This document shows, piece by piece, positions 1 through 12,000 of a stretch of 20,000 bases of DNA. How positions within the stretch are numbered: the first letter of the stretch is position 1; each line of letters begins with the position of its first letter. The stretch is from IMG/VR virus record IMGVR_UViG_3300035511_000224. The stretch is one strand, 5' to 3'. The DNA comes from an uncultured virus (IMG/VR IMGVR_UViG_3300035511_000224). Its lineage: Duplodnaviria; Heunggongvirae; Uroviricota; Caudoviricetes. A program made the position numbers and the translations under genes. The notes under the pieces are model-generated. The model had not been told where the DNA came from. It ran no database searches and saw only the letters and a list, made by a program, of their open reading frames with translations.

Positions 1-3000
1 TTCAGATTCATTCGCTGTCTCTTCCTCTCCATCATCCTCTTCTGTATATTCAACGCCTGTTGCTGCTTGTACATCTTTATCCATGTCGGCATATTTCGCT
101 TCCTTCTCAGCCATCTCTTTCTTCATCAGCTCATCGTACTCGTCCAACTTGGATTCAGCCTGTGCAAGCTCTTCCGTGAATTGGAATGGCTTGCCCTCGC
201 GTAATTCCATGGAATGCAGTTCTTCGTTGTTACGTTCGATAGAGCGTTCAGCACTCTCTATGCGTTCGCGGAAGTCGTTACCGGTTACTACATTCTCCAC
301 AATGTCAGATATAGCATTTTTGATAAGATTCTCTTTCACCGGCATCTTTTCAATACCAAGTTCCTCACAAGAATAGGTCATCTTGGCAGGAGCCGAGGCA
401 AACAGTGCACCTTGTCCTTGCTTCATCTCCTGTGTAATCTCGGTGTGAATCTTGAAGTCAAAACCTCCGACACTAACAGTGATGTCCATGTTCGCACTTC
501 TACTGTTGTATCCTGTTCGAACCTGCTCCTGTAACTCGCGTTTCTTTTTGTTCTGCTCGCTAAAGAAGTCCTCCATAGCGTCAATATTGGCAAAGCTCTG
601 CTTTCCTACCGTGATGTTGCTAATCTCTGCCTTCTCAACTTTCTCCAGGTAGACCTTATTCTCTGCGGCTCTTTGCTCGGCCTCCTTGTTCTGGCCTGCA
701 ATCTGTCTCTTGCGGTTGTGAATATACGTTTGGTCTGCCTCCCAAGCCTTTTGTTTGGCTCTGAGTTTACGGACCTCTTTCTCTATCTGGTTCTTCATCA
801 TAGCATATTCGGATCCTGACAATTGCGCGGTCATATCACCAAACAAGTCCTGGTCCTCTTCCATAGAGCGGTTGTCCATGGAATTACTCATCAACTGCTT
901 GCCGTTCATGATAGAGTCAGCTATCGCGCCTTTGGTTTTGAGTCGTTGATAGGCTGTAACGTCCAGTGAGTCTTCAACACCAAAACGAAGCACTTTGACA
1001 GGCTTGTTCCAATCTTTGTGCAGGTTACCTTGACGCAAGATACGACCGTTGCGCTGCGTGTAGTCCATCGGTCGGTTAGGTGCATCAACGTGTATAAGAG
1101 TGTTGAGGCGATCTTGAATATTCACACCTGTACCGAGTGTAAAGGTACTACCCAAAATTACACGTACGTCACCGGCATTCACCTTGTCAAAGATTTCAAG
1201 TTTCTTCTTCACACTCATTCCGGACTTCATTACAACAATCTGCTCGGCAGGTACGCCTTGTGCTATGAGCTTGCTTCTTATGTCCTCGTACAGGTTGAAG
1301 CCTGTAGCTTTGTTCTGATAGTTATCTGCAAAGATTGCCACTGTACCTTTATAGTCCTTGGTCTCTTCGAGAGATTGTAAGGTCTGTCTAACGGCCTCAT
1401 TGGTTTTACTGTTCGGATCATCTTCGGCATCTGCTTGCACGAGTCGAGCATCTACGGCAGCGGCTTTCGCTATACCGTACATAACAAGTGGAATGTGGCT
1501 ATTGGCCTTCTTCTCCTTTCCACTCATCTTATCGTATTCGTCAAGCTTTGCATTCACATATTTCAATATACTGCGCAATGCTCGCGTCTGAGGCAGGAAT
1601 ATGTCTTGTGCCTTTCCTCCCTCCATTGAAGGTATCTTGTCACTCACGCCACCGGCTTCTCTTGTCAGCACGGTATCTGCGACTGTTGACCAAATACGCA
1701 CAAGTTCCGGAAGGTTCACGTAACCGGCAAAGCGGTTGTTCTCCTTTGGCTTGCCGTTCGTTCCAAATTCCAACATCTGTTGGATATTACCGAAGTTGCG
1801 TACAAAATCGTCAAAGTAGTAGATACCATATTCTTTCATCTGGTCAGCAGGCATAAGGTAGCGCATGAACGTCCATATCTCGGCCGCGGTGTTACTGATA
1901 GGTGTACCTGTCGCAAACACCACGTTCTTACCTCCGGTCTTTTCAAGCACTGACTGTGCCTTCAAGAATACGCCCTGCGACTTCTTGCTATATGAAGGGT
2001 CAACGCCTTTCACACCTCGCTGCATGGCTGTAGCGAATCCGAGGTGCTTGTACTCGTGAGCCTCATCTACAAGGATGGCGTCAATGCCCATGCTGTCGAA
2101 GTCCTCAACATCATCGGTCTCACGGTCTAGCATCTCTCTTGCCTTGACCTCTGCGTTCTGTCGTGTGACAGCTGCTTTCTTGGCGTCCTTCTCTTTCTTC
2201 TTGTCAGGTACTCCGCCACTAGCGAGCTGAGCAATTTCATCTTCAAGCCTGCTGATTTCACGCTCCGCTTGTTTTACAATAATGCTATTTCCATGCGGGT
2301 CGGCATTCTTCATCTGTTCCAAGACAAGCATTTTTTCCTCGATTTTGTCTTGGATGAATCGTGTTTGTCGCTCTATACTATCTGGAATGCGTTCAAATAC
2401 AGATTGAGGAACAACAATCATATCCCAATCATTGAACTTAATCTTAGCATAGAAAGCCTTACGGCCCTCCGCATTGCGGTCGGCATCTTCAAGTGTCAGC
2501 ACCTTGGCGTTAGGGTACAACGCTTTGGCACTTGCTACGAATTGGCCTACGGTGGCATTCTGTACTACTATCATAGGCTTTCTTGCAGTGCCGAGTCTGC
2601 GCATCTCCATGGCGGTTGTAATAAGAGTGTATGTCTTACCGGTGCCCACCTCGTGTGCCAACAATACTGGCTGTGTGGTTGCTCTGATAACGGCTTTTGC
2701 TTGATGAGGTCTCAACTTGAACGGCTTACCACCTACGACGGTTGCTGCACCTCCGAAGTGCTCCGGAACAAAATCATCGGGGATTTGCTTCGGAACGGAA
2801 TTGTTAAACTGTTCGTTGTACTCTTCCTCCATGCGCATAGACATATCAGGGTCTGCTTGCATCTGTTCTCTAGCCCAATCTTTGAAGTCTTGACGTATCT
2901 CATCAATCTTAGCCATACATGCAGCTGTCGCTGACGGATCGCGTTCAGTCTCTGTGCTTCCGTCTGGCATCTTATATGTTTTGCTGACAACAATGCTCTT

Positions 3001-6000
3001 GTTTGTAATGGCAGCTTCTATCAGTTTATGTCCTGGTATAAGGGTTCCAAATGCTTCACTACGGACTCCCATCTCTGTGTTCTTGGATGTATTTGTATAG
3101 AATGGCTCACCCATGTGCCAGGTACCACCGACACTTGTCAGTGTTACATCCAAGTCAGTACGTTCCTTAACAAAGCGCTCGTACAACTTCGGGTCAATCC
3201 AAGACGAGCCAAGTGTGAACTCGATAAGGTGTGCAGGTATATTCATAGGAACAACGGCCTCCAGCGCCTTGATATTGGCGGTGTAGGCTCCGGGGTTGTC
3301 TTTCTCTGCTTCTTTTGCTTGACGCAGTTTCTCACGCACATTGCCACTGAGGTACTCATACGACACTTCCATCTGTCCGGTGGTCGGATTTTCAAAGCCC
3401 AAACCACGTTCCACCATTTCATTCTTTATCTCCTCCTTACTCTTTCCTAAGTGCTCTGCAAGATAGTCGGAGTCAATGCGGCCAAACTTATACAGACTTG
3501 CAATGATACCATCTTTCACATTGGTAGGTGCCGGCTCTGTTTCCTTGTCAACGACACGACGGCTAAAGATGTCGGTCTTTCCGTACTCTTTAATTTTGCT
3601 GCCGTTCTTGTCACCACGCTCCGAGTAGGTCTCAAGCGCGACAATGCTCGAGAAGTCAACGTCGTTGCGCATCCACGCAAGATTGTTGTTCTTGTTGAGG
3701 TTGCCATACTTCTTCACGAAACTGTCATAAGCGTTATTAAGTTTATTAAGCAACGGCTGCAAGCCTTTGTCATCATCATGCTCTGTTTGGTATTTCAGGA
3801 CCTCAGCAAGAGCATCTTTGATGGCCGTATAGTCTTTGAAGCACTCTTGTTTGGTGTGTCCTTTAATCTTATTGTTGTTTACATCTACAGGTACGGCACG
3901 GCCACTTCGAGCGATACAGATGTTGCCATCGCTGTCTAGAACCATGCTTCCTTCTTTCACACCTTCACCAAGAGCTTCATTGATGTGTGAAGTCTTGTCT
4001 ATTTCGGCTCTACTACCTTGCTCGGATTTCCAGTCTTTATCAGCCAGGCTCTTCACCCATGCTGCAATACGTTCCGTTTGGTCAGCTGAGCGGGTAGGGA
4101 AGAGGCCCATTGAAGTTGGACGGTAATTGTCTCCCTGCTCAAAGCCGAAGAACATCTCACCACCCATATTTTCAGGATGCTCTATGAAATAACGATTAAT
4201 GAGCAACGGAAGGTCTCTCGTCTTTCTTCCATCTGTGAATGCTGCGGTACGTGCAGGACTGACCGTGCTCACGTCGATGGCATTTGCGCTTCGCTGTCCG
4301 TTTACTCGCTTACGTATCACGATGATGTCTGAGGTGGCTGCTGTACCTCCGAATGTTTGATTGTTCATGCGGAATGCACCAACGACATCTGCGTTACCTT
4401 CATGTTCACCTACAATCCAATTGCGAAGCTTTTGAGATTTGTCGAGTGTACCACTTGAAGTGATGAATATACCGATACCTCCTTCACGAAGCTTGCGTAC
4501 ATTCTTAGCGATACAGAAGTCGTGAATGTCGCGGAACTTCTTAGAGAGGTCGCTGTCTCCGCTCTCGTCCATTACGTGCAAGCCTGTGACGAATGGCACA
4601 TTGGTGATGGCCAGATCTACCGTACCGTTACCAATATGTGTTTTCTCAAAGCCCTGTACATCCACTTTAGCATCCGGATATAGTAACGACAGAATACCAC
4701 CTGTCATCTTGTCTATCTCGACGGCATGGATATTACTGCGCTCGCTAATGTCGGTCGGCATCAAGCCGAGGATGTTTCCGATACCGGCTGAACCCTCAAC
4801 GATATTACCTCCTTTAAAACCGAGTGCTTTAGCAATATCCCACATTGCGTCGATAACAGGTGCAGGTGTATAGTACGCACTGTTACGGCTCATCACCGCT
4901 GCATCGTACTCCTCCTGTGTAAGAGCTTTGCGAAGCTGCTGGTTGACAGGATTGCGTGACCATGCATTACCTTCATTAAATGCGGCTCCTAAGCCTCCCC
5001 ATCCGCTATATTTACGAAGAATGGTCATCTCTTGAGGTGTGGCTGTAGCTCCGCTTTCAAGCAGTTTCTTGGCAAGCTCTATCGCTGCGATATTGGCATC
5101 TATACGAGCCTTCTCACCTTTGGGCGCATAATCAACACCACGCTCAGCATGGTTGTTGTGCGTGTTCTTCGGCTCCGTTACGCCTCGCTCGCTCTGATGT
5201 AGTCCAGATACTCCTGTGCTTCGTTTGGTGTCAGACACAGGATGCTCTCCACTACGTTCAGCCACTCCTCCTCGGTCAGTTCGCTCATTTTCATGTGCTG
5301 CGCTCTCTCCCAACGATTCATCAGATCGCGGTTGCTGTCTCCCTCGCCCGGTTGTTTCGGTGCTAGGTCGTACGTCAGTTTTCTCATTGTCGTTATCTTT
5401 TTGAGTGTTATTTACTTTATTTTTCGGCTCAACCTTGGATGGCTCTTCTTCTTTTGTCTCTGCAAAAAGAGGTCCAAACAAGTCACCAATAGTTTGATTT
5501 TGCGTCTCTATCTTCTTAATTCTGCTCCAATCAGCTTTTTCTTTTATCCAATTAGTTCCAAATGAATTAAGGATAGGACTTCCATCTTCGTCGAAGTCAA
5601 CAATCTGCTGTTTCTCCCACTTGCCATTGCCAACTCTGTCCCACATGACATAGTCACCACGTTTGAAGCCGTTGTGTGTCTCATTCTCTTTAGATACACG
5701 CGCTGCCATCTTTACTAAGTCCTCACCAGGGTTAGGTTTCAATGGGGTAGCAGGTTTCACTTTCTCTTCCGGAAGGAGGTGTCTTATAGCTCTACGCACA
5801 TCGGCAATCAGTGCATCATAGGTAACATCTGATGTTATATCATGGTTACCGGTGAGGTATCTGTTTTCTCCTCTTCCTTCCGGATCTTCTGCCCTGAAAT
5901 ATCCTCCTTTGAACACCAAATCGTCTGACGGTCTGTCGGCTCTACCATTGGTAATCCACTTAGAGTTAGGTTCCATGAATAGCACCATGCTAAGTTCTTT

Positions 6001-9000
6001 GCCATTGCCAAGTGGAAGTGTGATTGTCACTTCTCCACCAGCCGGAGCAATATTGCTATGAGCTATCTTGCTACCAAAGCCATAGCGTCTATCGGCTTTT
6101 ACCTTGTCTTTGGCATCAATAGCAAGTCCGAGGTCTTTGGCCAACTGTGTCGCAAGCTGATGCGCATCCTGCGTTGCTTTACGCTCTGCATTGCGCATAT
6201 AACCAAACATCTCGTTGTAGTCCTTATCAACCTCGTCTGCCTCGTAATATCCGAGCAGGGCAAGCTGTTTGTTTACTTCCTCTATTTCTTTGTTGATGCT
6301 TTGATCGAGTCGCTCGGCATCTTCCTCAGTTGTTGCATTTTCGAGTTTACTTTCGACTTGACTTGCAGTAGTCTCTGCTTGGTTGACAACAGCTTCTGTA
6401 TCTGCTGATGTTTTGTCAGCCTCTTTTCTTCTTTGCTCATTACGTTCTTCTTTAATGGTTTCTATTAATTTGTCTGTCTGTTGTTGAGAAGCATTCTCAT
6501 CGACTATCTGTTGTGCAGTTCCGATGATGTCCTTGGCTCCTTGCTTATCAAAGTTATAAACGTCGAAAGCCTTAACGGTCTTTCTGTCGTCCATCTCTTC
6601 GTCCCATCCGAGGTCCATTACCTCCTCCATGTTCTGTGTGGCGGCATATAACGGTTTCAGGTGCGGTCTGATGGCTTCGCCTAACTCATCAACCATTGCT
6701 TCTGCATAGTCCGAGAAGGAACGCAGTCCACCCTTCATCATAAGGTATGTCATTCGGGTACCCATACGAAGAACTTCTGCATCCATCTCTTTAGGCTGCT
6801 GTTTACCGTAGCTCACTTCATCTTCTTTGGCGATGTTTGGGATTCCGCCAAGGTGTGAACGCAGACTATTTCGAAGTGTGTCAAACTCTTCGGCATCCTT
6901 GTCGCTAATCCATTTGCGTCTCTTCGGCTTCGTCTCCTCTGCTTGCGGTTGAGGCTTCGGCGCTTGCGGCTTCTCTTCAACTGGTGTGGCATGGTCGCTA
7001 AGCTTGGTGCTTCCCTTCGTGTATAGGGCATTGAATAATCCTTCAACATCTACCTTCTTGACTGTCGGCTCTTCCTCCTGCTGTTTCTCACTCATATCAG
7101 CCATTGAAAGCGGTGCCTGGTCGGCAACCTCGTCCTCGCTTTTACCCATGATGGCATCGGCAAACGCCTGTGCGTCCTCACGTGTTTTAAATAAGAATCC
7201 TTTCTTACCGAAGTTGGACCAATAGCCTCCATGCTCCTTAGCAATAGCTTTCTGACCTTTGAACTCTTCACGGCTCACTCGATCCTCAAACTTCACTGCA
7301 AAGATGTCCGAGTTATCGCGTGTGTCCTTACGAGGTTCTATGGTGTAGCCTTCGGGTTCTTTTCCCGTTGGGTGCTCGTCTGTGATTTTGTCAACCTTGG
7401 CATAGTCGGCAAAAGGTTTGGTCTTTCGGTGGCTGCTGTCCACCCACTTCTTAAACTCGTCCATGTTCACTTCTGAGATACGAAGTCCCGGATGTGTGTC
7501 TGCCCAATTAGCATCATAGTTGGCAAGGTACGCCTCCATAGCTGCGTCCTTGTCATTGAAGCCAAGCATAACCTTGTGCTCGTCGAAGGTGCCGTCACTG
7601 TTTGTTTGGTCAACGACGAATGCTTTCTTGCCGTCCCATGACTTGATGTCGTTGGCAAGGAACACATCTATATGGTCGCCATCCACGCCCTCAGTGCCAC
7701 GGAAATATCCATAGCTATTCTTCATGGGTGTCTCCCACTGTTTCCCGTTAGAATCAGTGCCACGGCGTACACTGCCTTGTGTGTTCTCGATGGTAACGTC
7801 GAATGGACCAACCTTCACATGGCCCTTCTTATAGTTTCCTGCCTCCTTCTGTGCTTCGGTCGGGTTGTTGTTAACCTGCTGCTCCGCTTCGGCAATCTTG
7901 TCGGCTGTTTCCTCGAGTGGTGACTTCACCTCTCTAGCGCTGCTCTTATCGAACACAATGACCTCGTTAGGCAGTGCTACTGCCTCGCGCATGTCTTTGC
8001 TTGCGTAGTTGATGATGCCGTCATATCCTTGTTCCTTCAACTTCTCCGTGAAAGCTGCTGCCTCTTCAGGAGTCATGTTGGCCACACCTACAGTGTAGTA
8101 AGGCTTCTTCAATGTGATGTTTGCCTCAAATACCTTGCCCTCTGTATGTCCGTCACTCGCGTAGTCCTCGGCAACAGAGCGGTTTGGTGTGAATGATATA
8201 CCATCACCATTGAATCGTGCAGGAGCTTCTTCGCCGTCACGATGGTGCCCTGGCTCGAGGTCGCTCAATGAATTGACATCATCATTTGGTGTACCATGAT
8301 ACAACGTGAGTGTCGTTCCATTAGCGTCAACGATGTTACCATCCTTGTCAACGTTCGTAGGAGTCTGGTCTACATCTTCTGTCAACTGCTTAATGTTGTC
8401 TGCATGCGTTGAACTTTTTTCGTTCTCTGCTTGTTTTTCTGTTGACAAAGTATTAACTTTGCCTTCAGAAGAAACATCATCGCCACGAGATTCAAGGCTT
8501 ATTGCGGATGCAGATTCGTCTGCATGACTGATGGAGGAAGTGCCGCCCTCCGACGATGAACTTTTATGCCGTATGTCATCTATCTTGGCATACGGCTCTT
8601 TCTTTTGGTTGAATGTAGATTTGTGAAGAATGATTTTACCATTTTCCTCAACTTGGGTAAGTTCAGCAAAATAACGACCAATCTTCTTAATAAACACAAC
8701 GGTTCTCTTCCCATCTACAAACGTTTCTTTGATTGCATCCGGGCTGTCAAGAACAGTTTGAATATTAAGATATTTGCTTACATCTACATCTTCTACATCA
8801 ATCTGCATTCCTTCTTGAGCATGATTGCGTAGGGCATGGTCAATGAAATAACCCTTCCCACAGTATATACGTGGGTCGGAGATATTTGGATCGACGTATG
8901 AAAGATATTGTGCAGGTATATATGCTATCGGTTCCGGCTCGTTGCCAAATTCTTCAAAGATTTCTGTACGAGTCTTGCCAATACCCTTGGTGAGGTTTTC

Positions 9001-12000
9001 ATCAGAGAGCCATTCTACAATACGAGACTGCATCTCTGTCCTTTCCTCACCGCTTACTTCCTGCGGTATAACTCTTTCATGTTCGCTCTCATCTCCGCCT
9101 GTTGCGCTATCTCTTGCAGTTCTTCCTCTACGCTCGGTCGGTTCTGTTCCGCCCTCAGCTTGTTCTCCACCTTTATATGGTTCATTGCTTCCAGGTTCCC
9201 CTTCTGTGCTTCCTGTATTACTGAGAGCCACATCAGGACCTCCATTCTTGTCATTGTTGTTTCCATTCTTAGCCGGTTTATAATCAAAATTAAATACTTT
9301 CTTTATTGCCTCCGCAAGAGGGTACAGCGTAGTATCAGCCTCACTAAATAGTGATGCTGCGACTTTGCCCTGTGCATAATCAAACATCCGGTTGAAATAT
9401 GAAGCGATGGTTGTCTGCGACATATCACCTGCTTTATACAACCCTGCGAGATGCAAAGCAAAGTTACTAAAATTATCAGAAGGTCTGACTTGTTCAGAAC
9501 GATCATCAAACATTAATTGCCTTTTGTAGTCCTCAATTGCACGAGATGCCTGTTCTAGATTCTTCGCATTCTTAAATGCTTCGTCACGTTCCAGCTCATT
9601 ATAAGCCACGATAGATGCTTGTATCTCCGGCAAGGCCTTTCCTGCAAAAGGAGAATCCATGTCGCGGAATGCCGTTGACAGAATTGCACGTTGAGCCTTG
9701 GCAGGAAGTTTGTCAAACAGCTCCTCTAACTGCGGTGTAGCACCTTTAAATACTGCTTGATACAAAACCTTCTGCAAATCATTCTTAGCCTCTGGCGTGA
9801 TGGCGCCCTTGCTGTTGAATGCCGACTGGTATTGTGTATTACTGATGGCTCCAACTTGATTCATCCATTTCAGAACATCGGCACCGTTACTGTCAACGAG
9901 TTGGCCGAACGACGCATCTTCATCAGCTGAGCGGAGCAACATATTGGCATACTTGCGCATATCGTCGCCCAACTTCTGTGCTACGTTCTTCGGCTTGATA
10001 CGTTCTACGCCACCGCTTTCAGTGTCATTGGCGGTCATCTGACCTAAGCGAATAGCCTCGTTATCGTCCACATCAAGCATATTTACGAGGACTGGCTGCT
10101 GCTTACTGTTAACGGTTTCTGCATCAATGCCAAGTTGCTCTGCATTGTCGAGAAGGTATTGCTTGTATGCCGCTTGCTGTTCTGGTAGACTGTTCTCCCA
10201 CAAGTAACGCAAAGCGTCCGTGCGGTTATTGCCTTGTACCACCTCACCACGAGTGTTAACTGTCGGTGCGCCGGTGTAAGCGGTTGTGCTACCTGTAATC
10301 TCTTCTGGTCTGATGTTCTCGGCAATTTGTTGTGCTGCGAGTGTTGACACGGCCTCTGAGCGGTTCTTTGGCTGTGCCTCATCAATAAAGTACATCGGGT
10401 TGCGCTTACCTTGAATGTGTGAAGGTTGCAGCTGCGATGCCTCAATCACTGCCACACGTCCGTGCGGTATATCTTCCTGTGAGAACTTGACATTAACCTC
10501 TTTGCCAAGCGCTGCATCAGCGATAGGCTCTTGGCGAACGAACAGTTGACCTTGGAACCGTCGCGCACCTCTAGCACGTGCGTTCTCAGGAGTATCTCTA
10601 TGCCATTCGGGAATACCTTCAAGTGCTTCACGCTCTTTGCGCTCAGCCTCCTCTTGTGCAGCCTTTGCCTCGCGTTCCTGTTCGGCTCTCTCTGCTGCAA
10701 GTCGTTTTTCTTCGGCTTCTTGCTTACTGCGGATGGCATCTTGCTCACGACGTATCGCATCCTGTCTAGCCTGTTCAACACCGGCAATCTTCTGCCACTG
10801 TTCAAGCTCCTGCTGAGCCTTGGCGAGTTCTGCGGCATTCTGTCTCTTAGATTGGAGTATCTCGGTTGGAGTCTTGCCCTTCGATTTGAGTTTCTGCGCT
10901 TTCTCGAAAACTTTGCGCTTCTCCTCAACCATAGTGTCGGCAATCTCCTTGGCTGTGTCCTTGTCTCCCTCGCTGAACTCGATAAGACCATCCCACGCGA
11001 CCTCGGGAGTCTCGGCTTGCTCAAAGATAGGTTCACCATTTTCATCACGAGGAATACTTTGAAGCGGTGTCTGCTCTTCGGCAGGTACTGCAGGTTGCTG
11101 TTCATTTTCTACGGATTGTGAACTCGAAGGTGCGTTTTCTGTTCGCAAATTGCCGTTTTCTGTAATGTTTGGGCCATTTTCCGTACCAAATTCACCGTTT
11201 TGCGTAATATTTGGAGCATTTTCCGTGATATTTTCATTAGTTTCCGTATTTGCGACTTCGGCACCTGACTCCTGTTGTCTGCGCTGTTGCTCATACTGTA
11301 AAGCTGCGACATATCCACTGCCGGCATCAGTCATTTGCTCAGCTTCATTGTTGATGCTTTCCAACTCGGCATTTAGTTCTTCGTCAGTCATCTTCTCAGC
11401 AGACTGCATGCCAGCTGTATATCCTTTCTGGTATTCGTTCGGATCTGCACCCTCAGTAGTCGTTGGCGCCTGAGTGGGTGTTTCCTCTTGCTGTTTTGTA
11501 TCTGGTTTGAAGTCTGTAACCATACTATCAAGCTCTTGCTCAGACGCATAGTGCAAGTGACTGAGGTCTCCTTCTACATAATACTCATACTTGCCAATCT
11601 CGTTGGGAGATAAGCCAAGTTCATCGTAATTATCCTCGGTAACAGTCGTTCCGGTAAGCCATCCTTTAGACTGTGAACCATCGCTGTTTTGTATAGAGAT
11701 TCGTCCTGCACCATACTTCGGCTGTTCTGTAGCTTCCGGTTGCTCGTCAGCTGCTGCTTCGGGTGTAGGTGTAGCCTCTGTAGTAGCCTCTTCTGCCTTG
11801 TAAGGCTCGTAAGACAGAATGTCTTTAGGAGCAACCATCTCCACCTTGCCGGTATTGATGTCACGTATTACAATAGTATTGTCGCTCTTCGCGTGATCAA
11901 CCATTTTACCATCATCGGTCATAACGACATTTCCGCTAAGCACCTCAACCTGTCGGTCCTGGAACTGCATAACGGCTCGTCCTATCGGCTTCTGTTCCCC

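Noticed and set aside
3591..3598. TAATTTTG -7 box match on the + strand
   Set aside because: No -33 element at the right spacing and it lies in ordinary coding sequence; probably chance.
6813..7049. 78-aa +1-frame ORF in a linker
   Set aside because: The Arg-rich run is what E/P/Q/A codons give when shifted; no globular character.
8526..8562. Hammerhead ribozyme in the candidate RNA
   Set aside because: CTGATGG is not CUGAnGA, and there is no correctly placed GAAA.
10083..11327. Minus-strand alternative-frame ORFs 10083-10445, 10446-11105 and 11109-11327
   Set aside because: R/K/S/L-rich frame shadows of well-formed ParB, coiled-coil or repeat sequence, unlike the two accepted nested ORFs.
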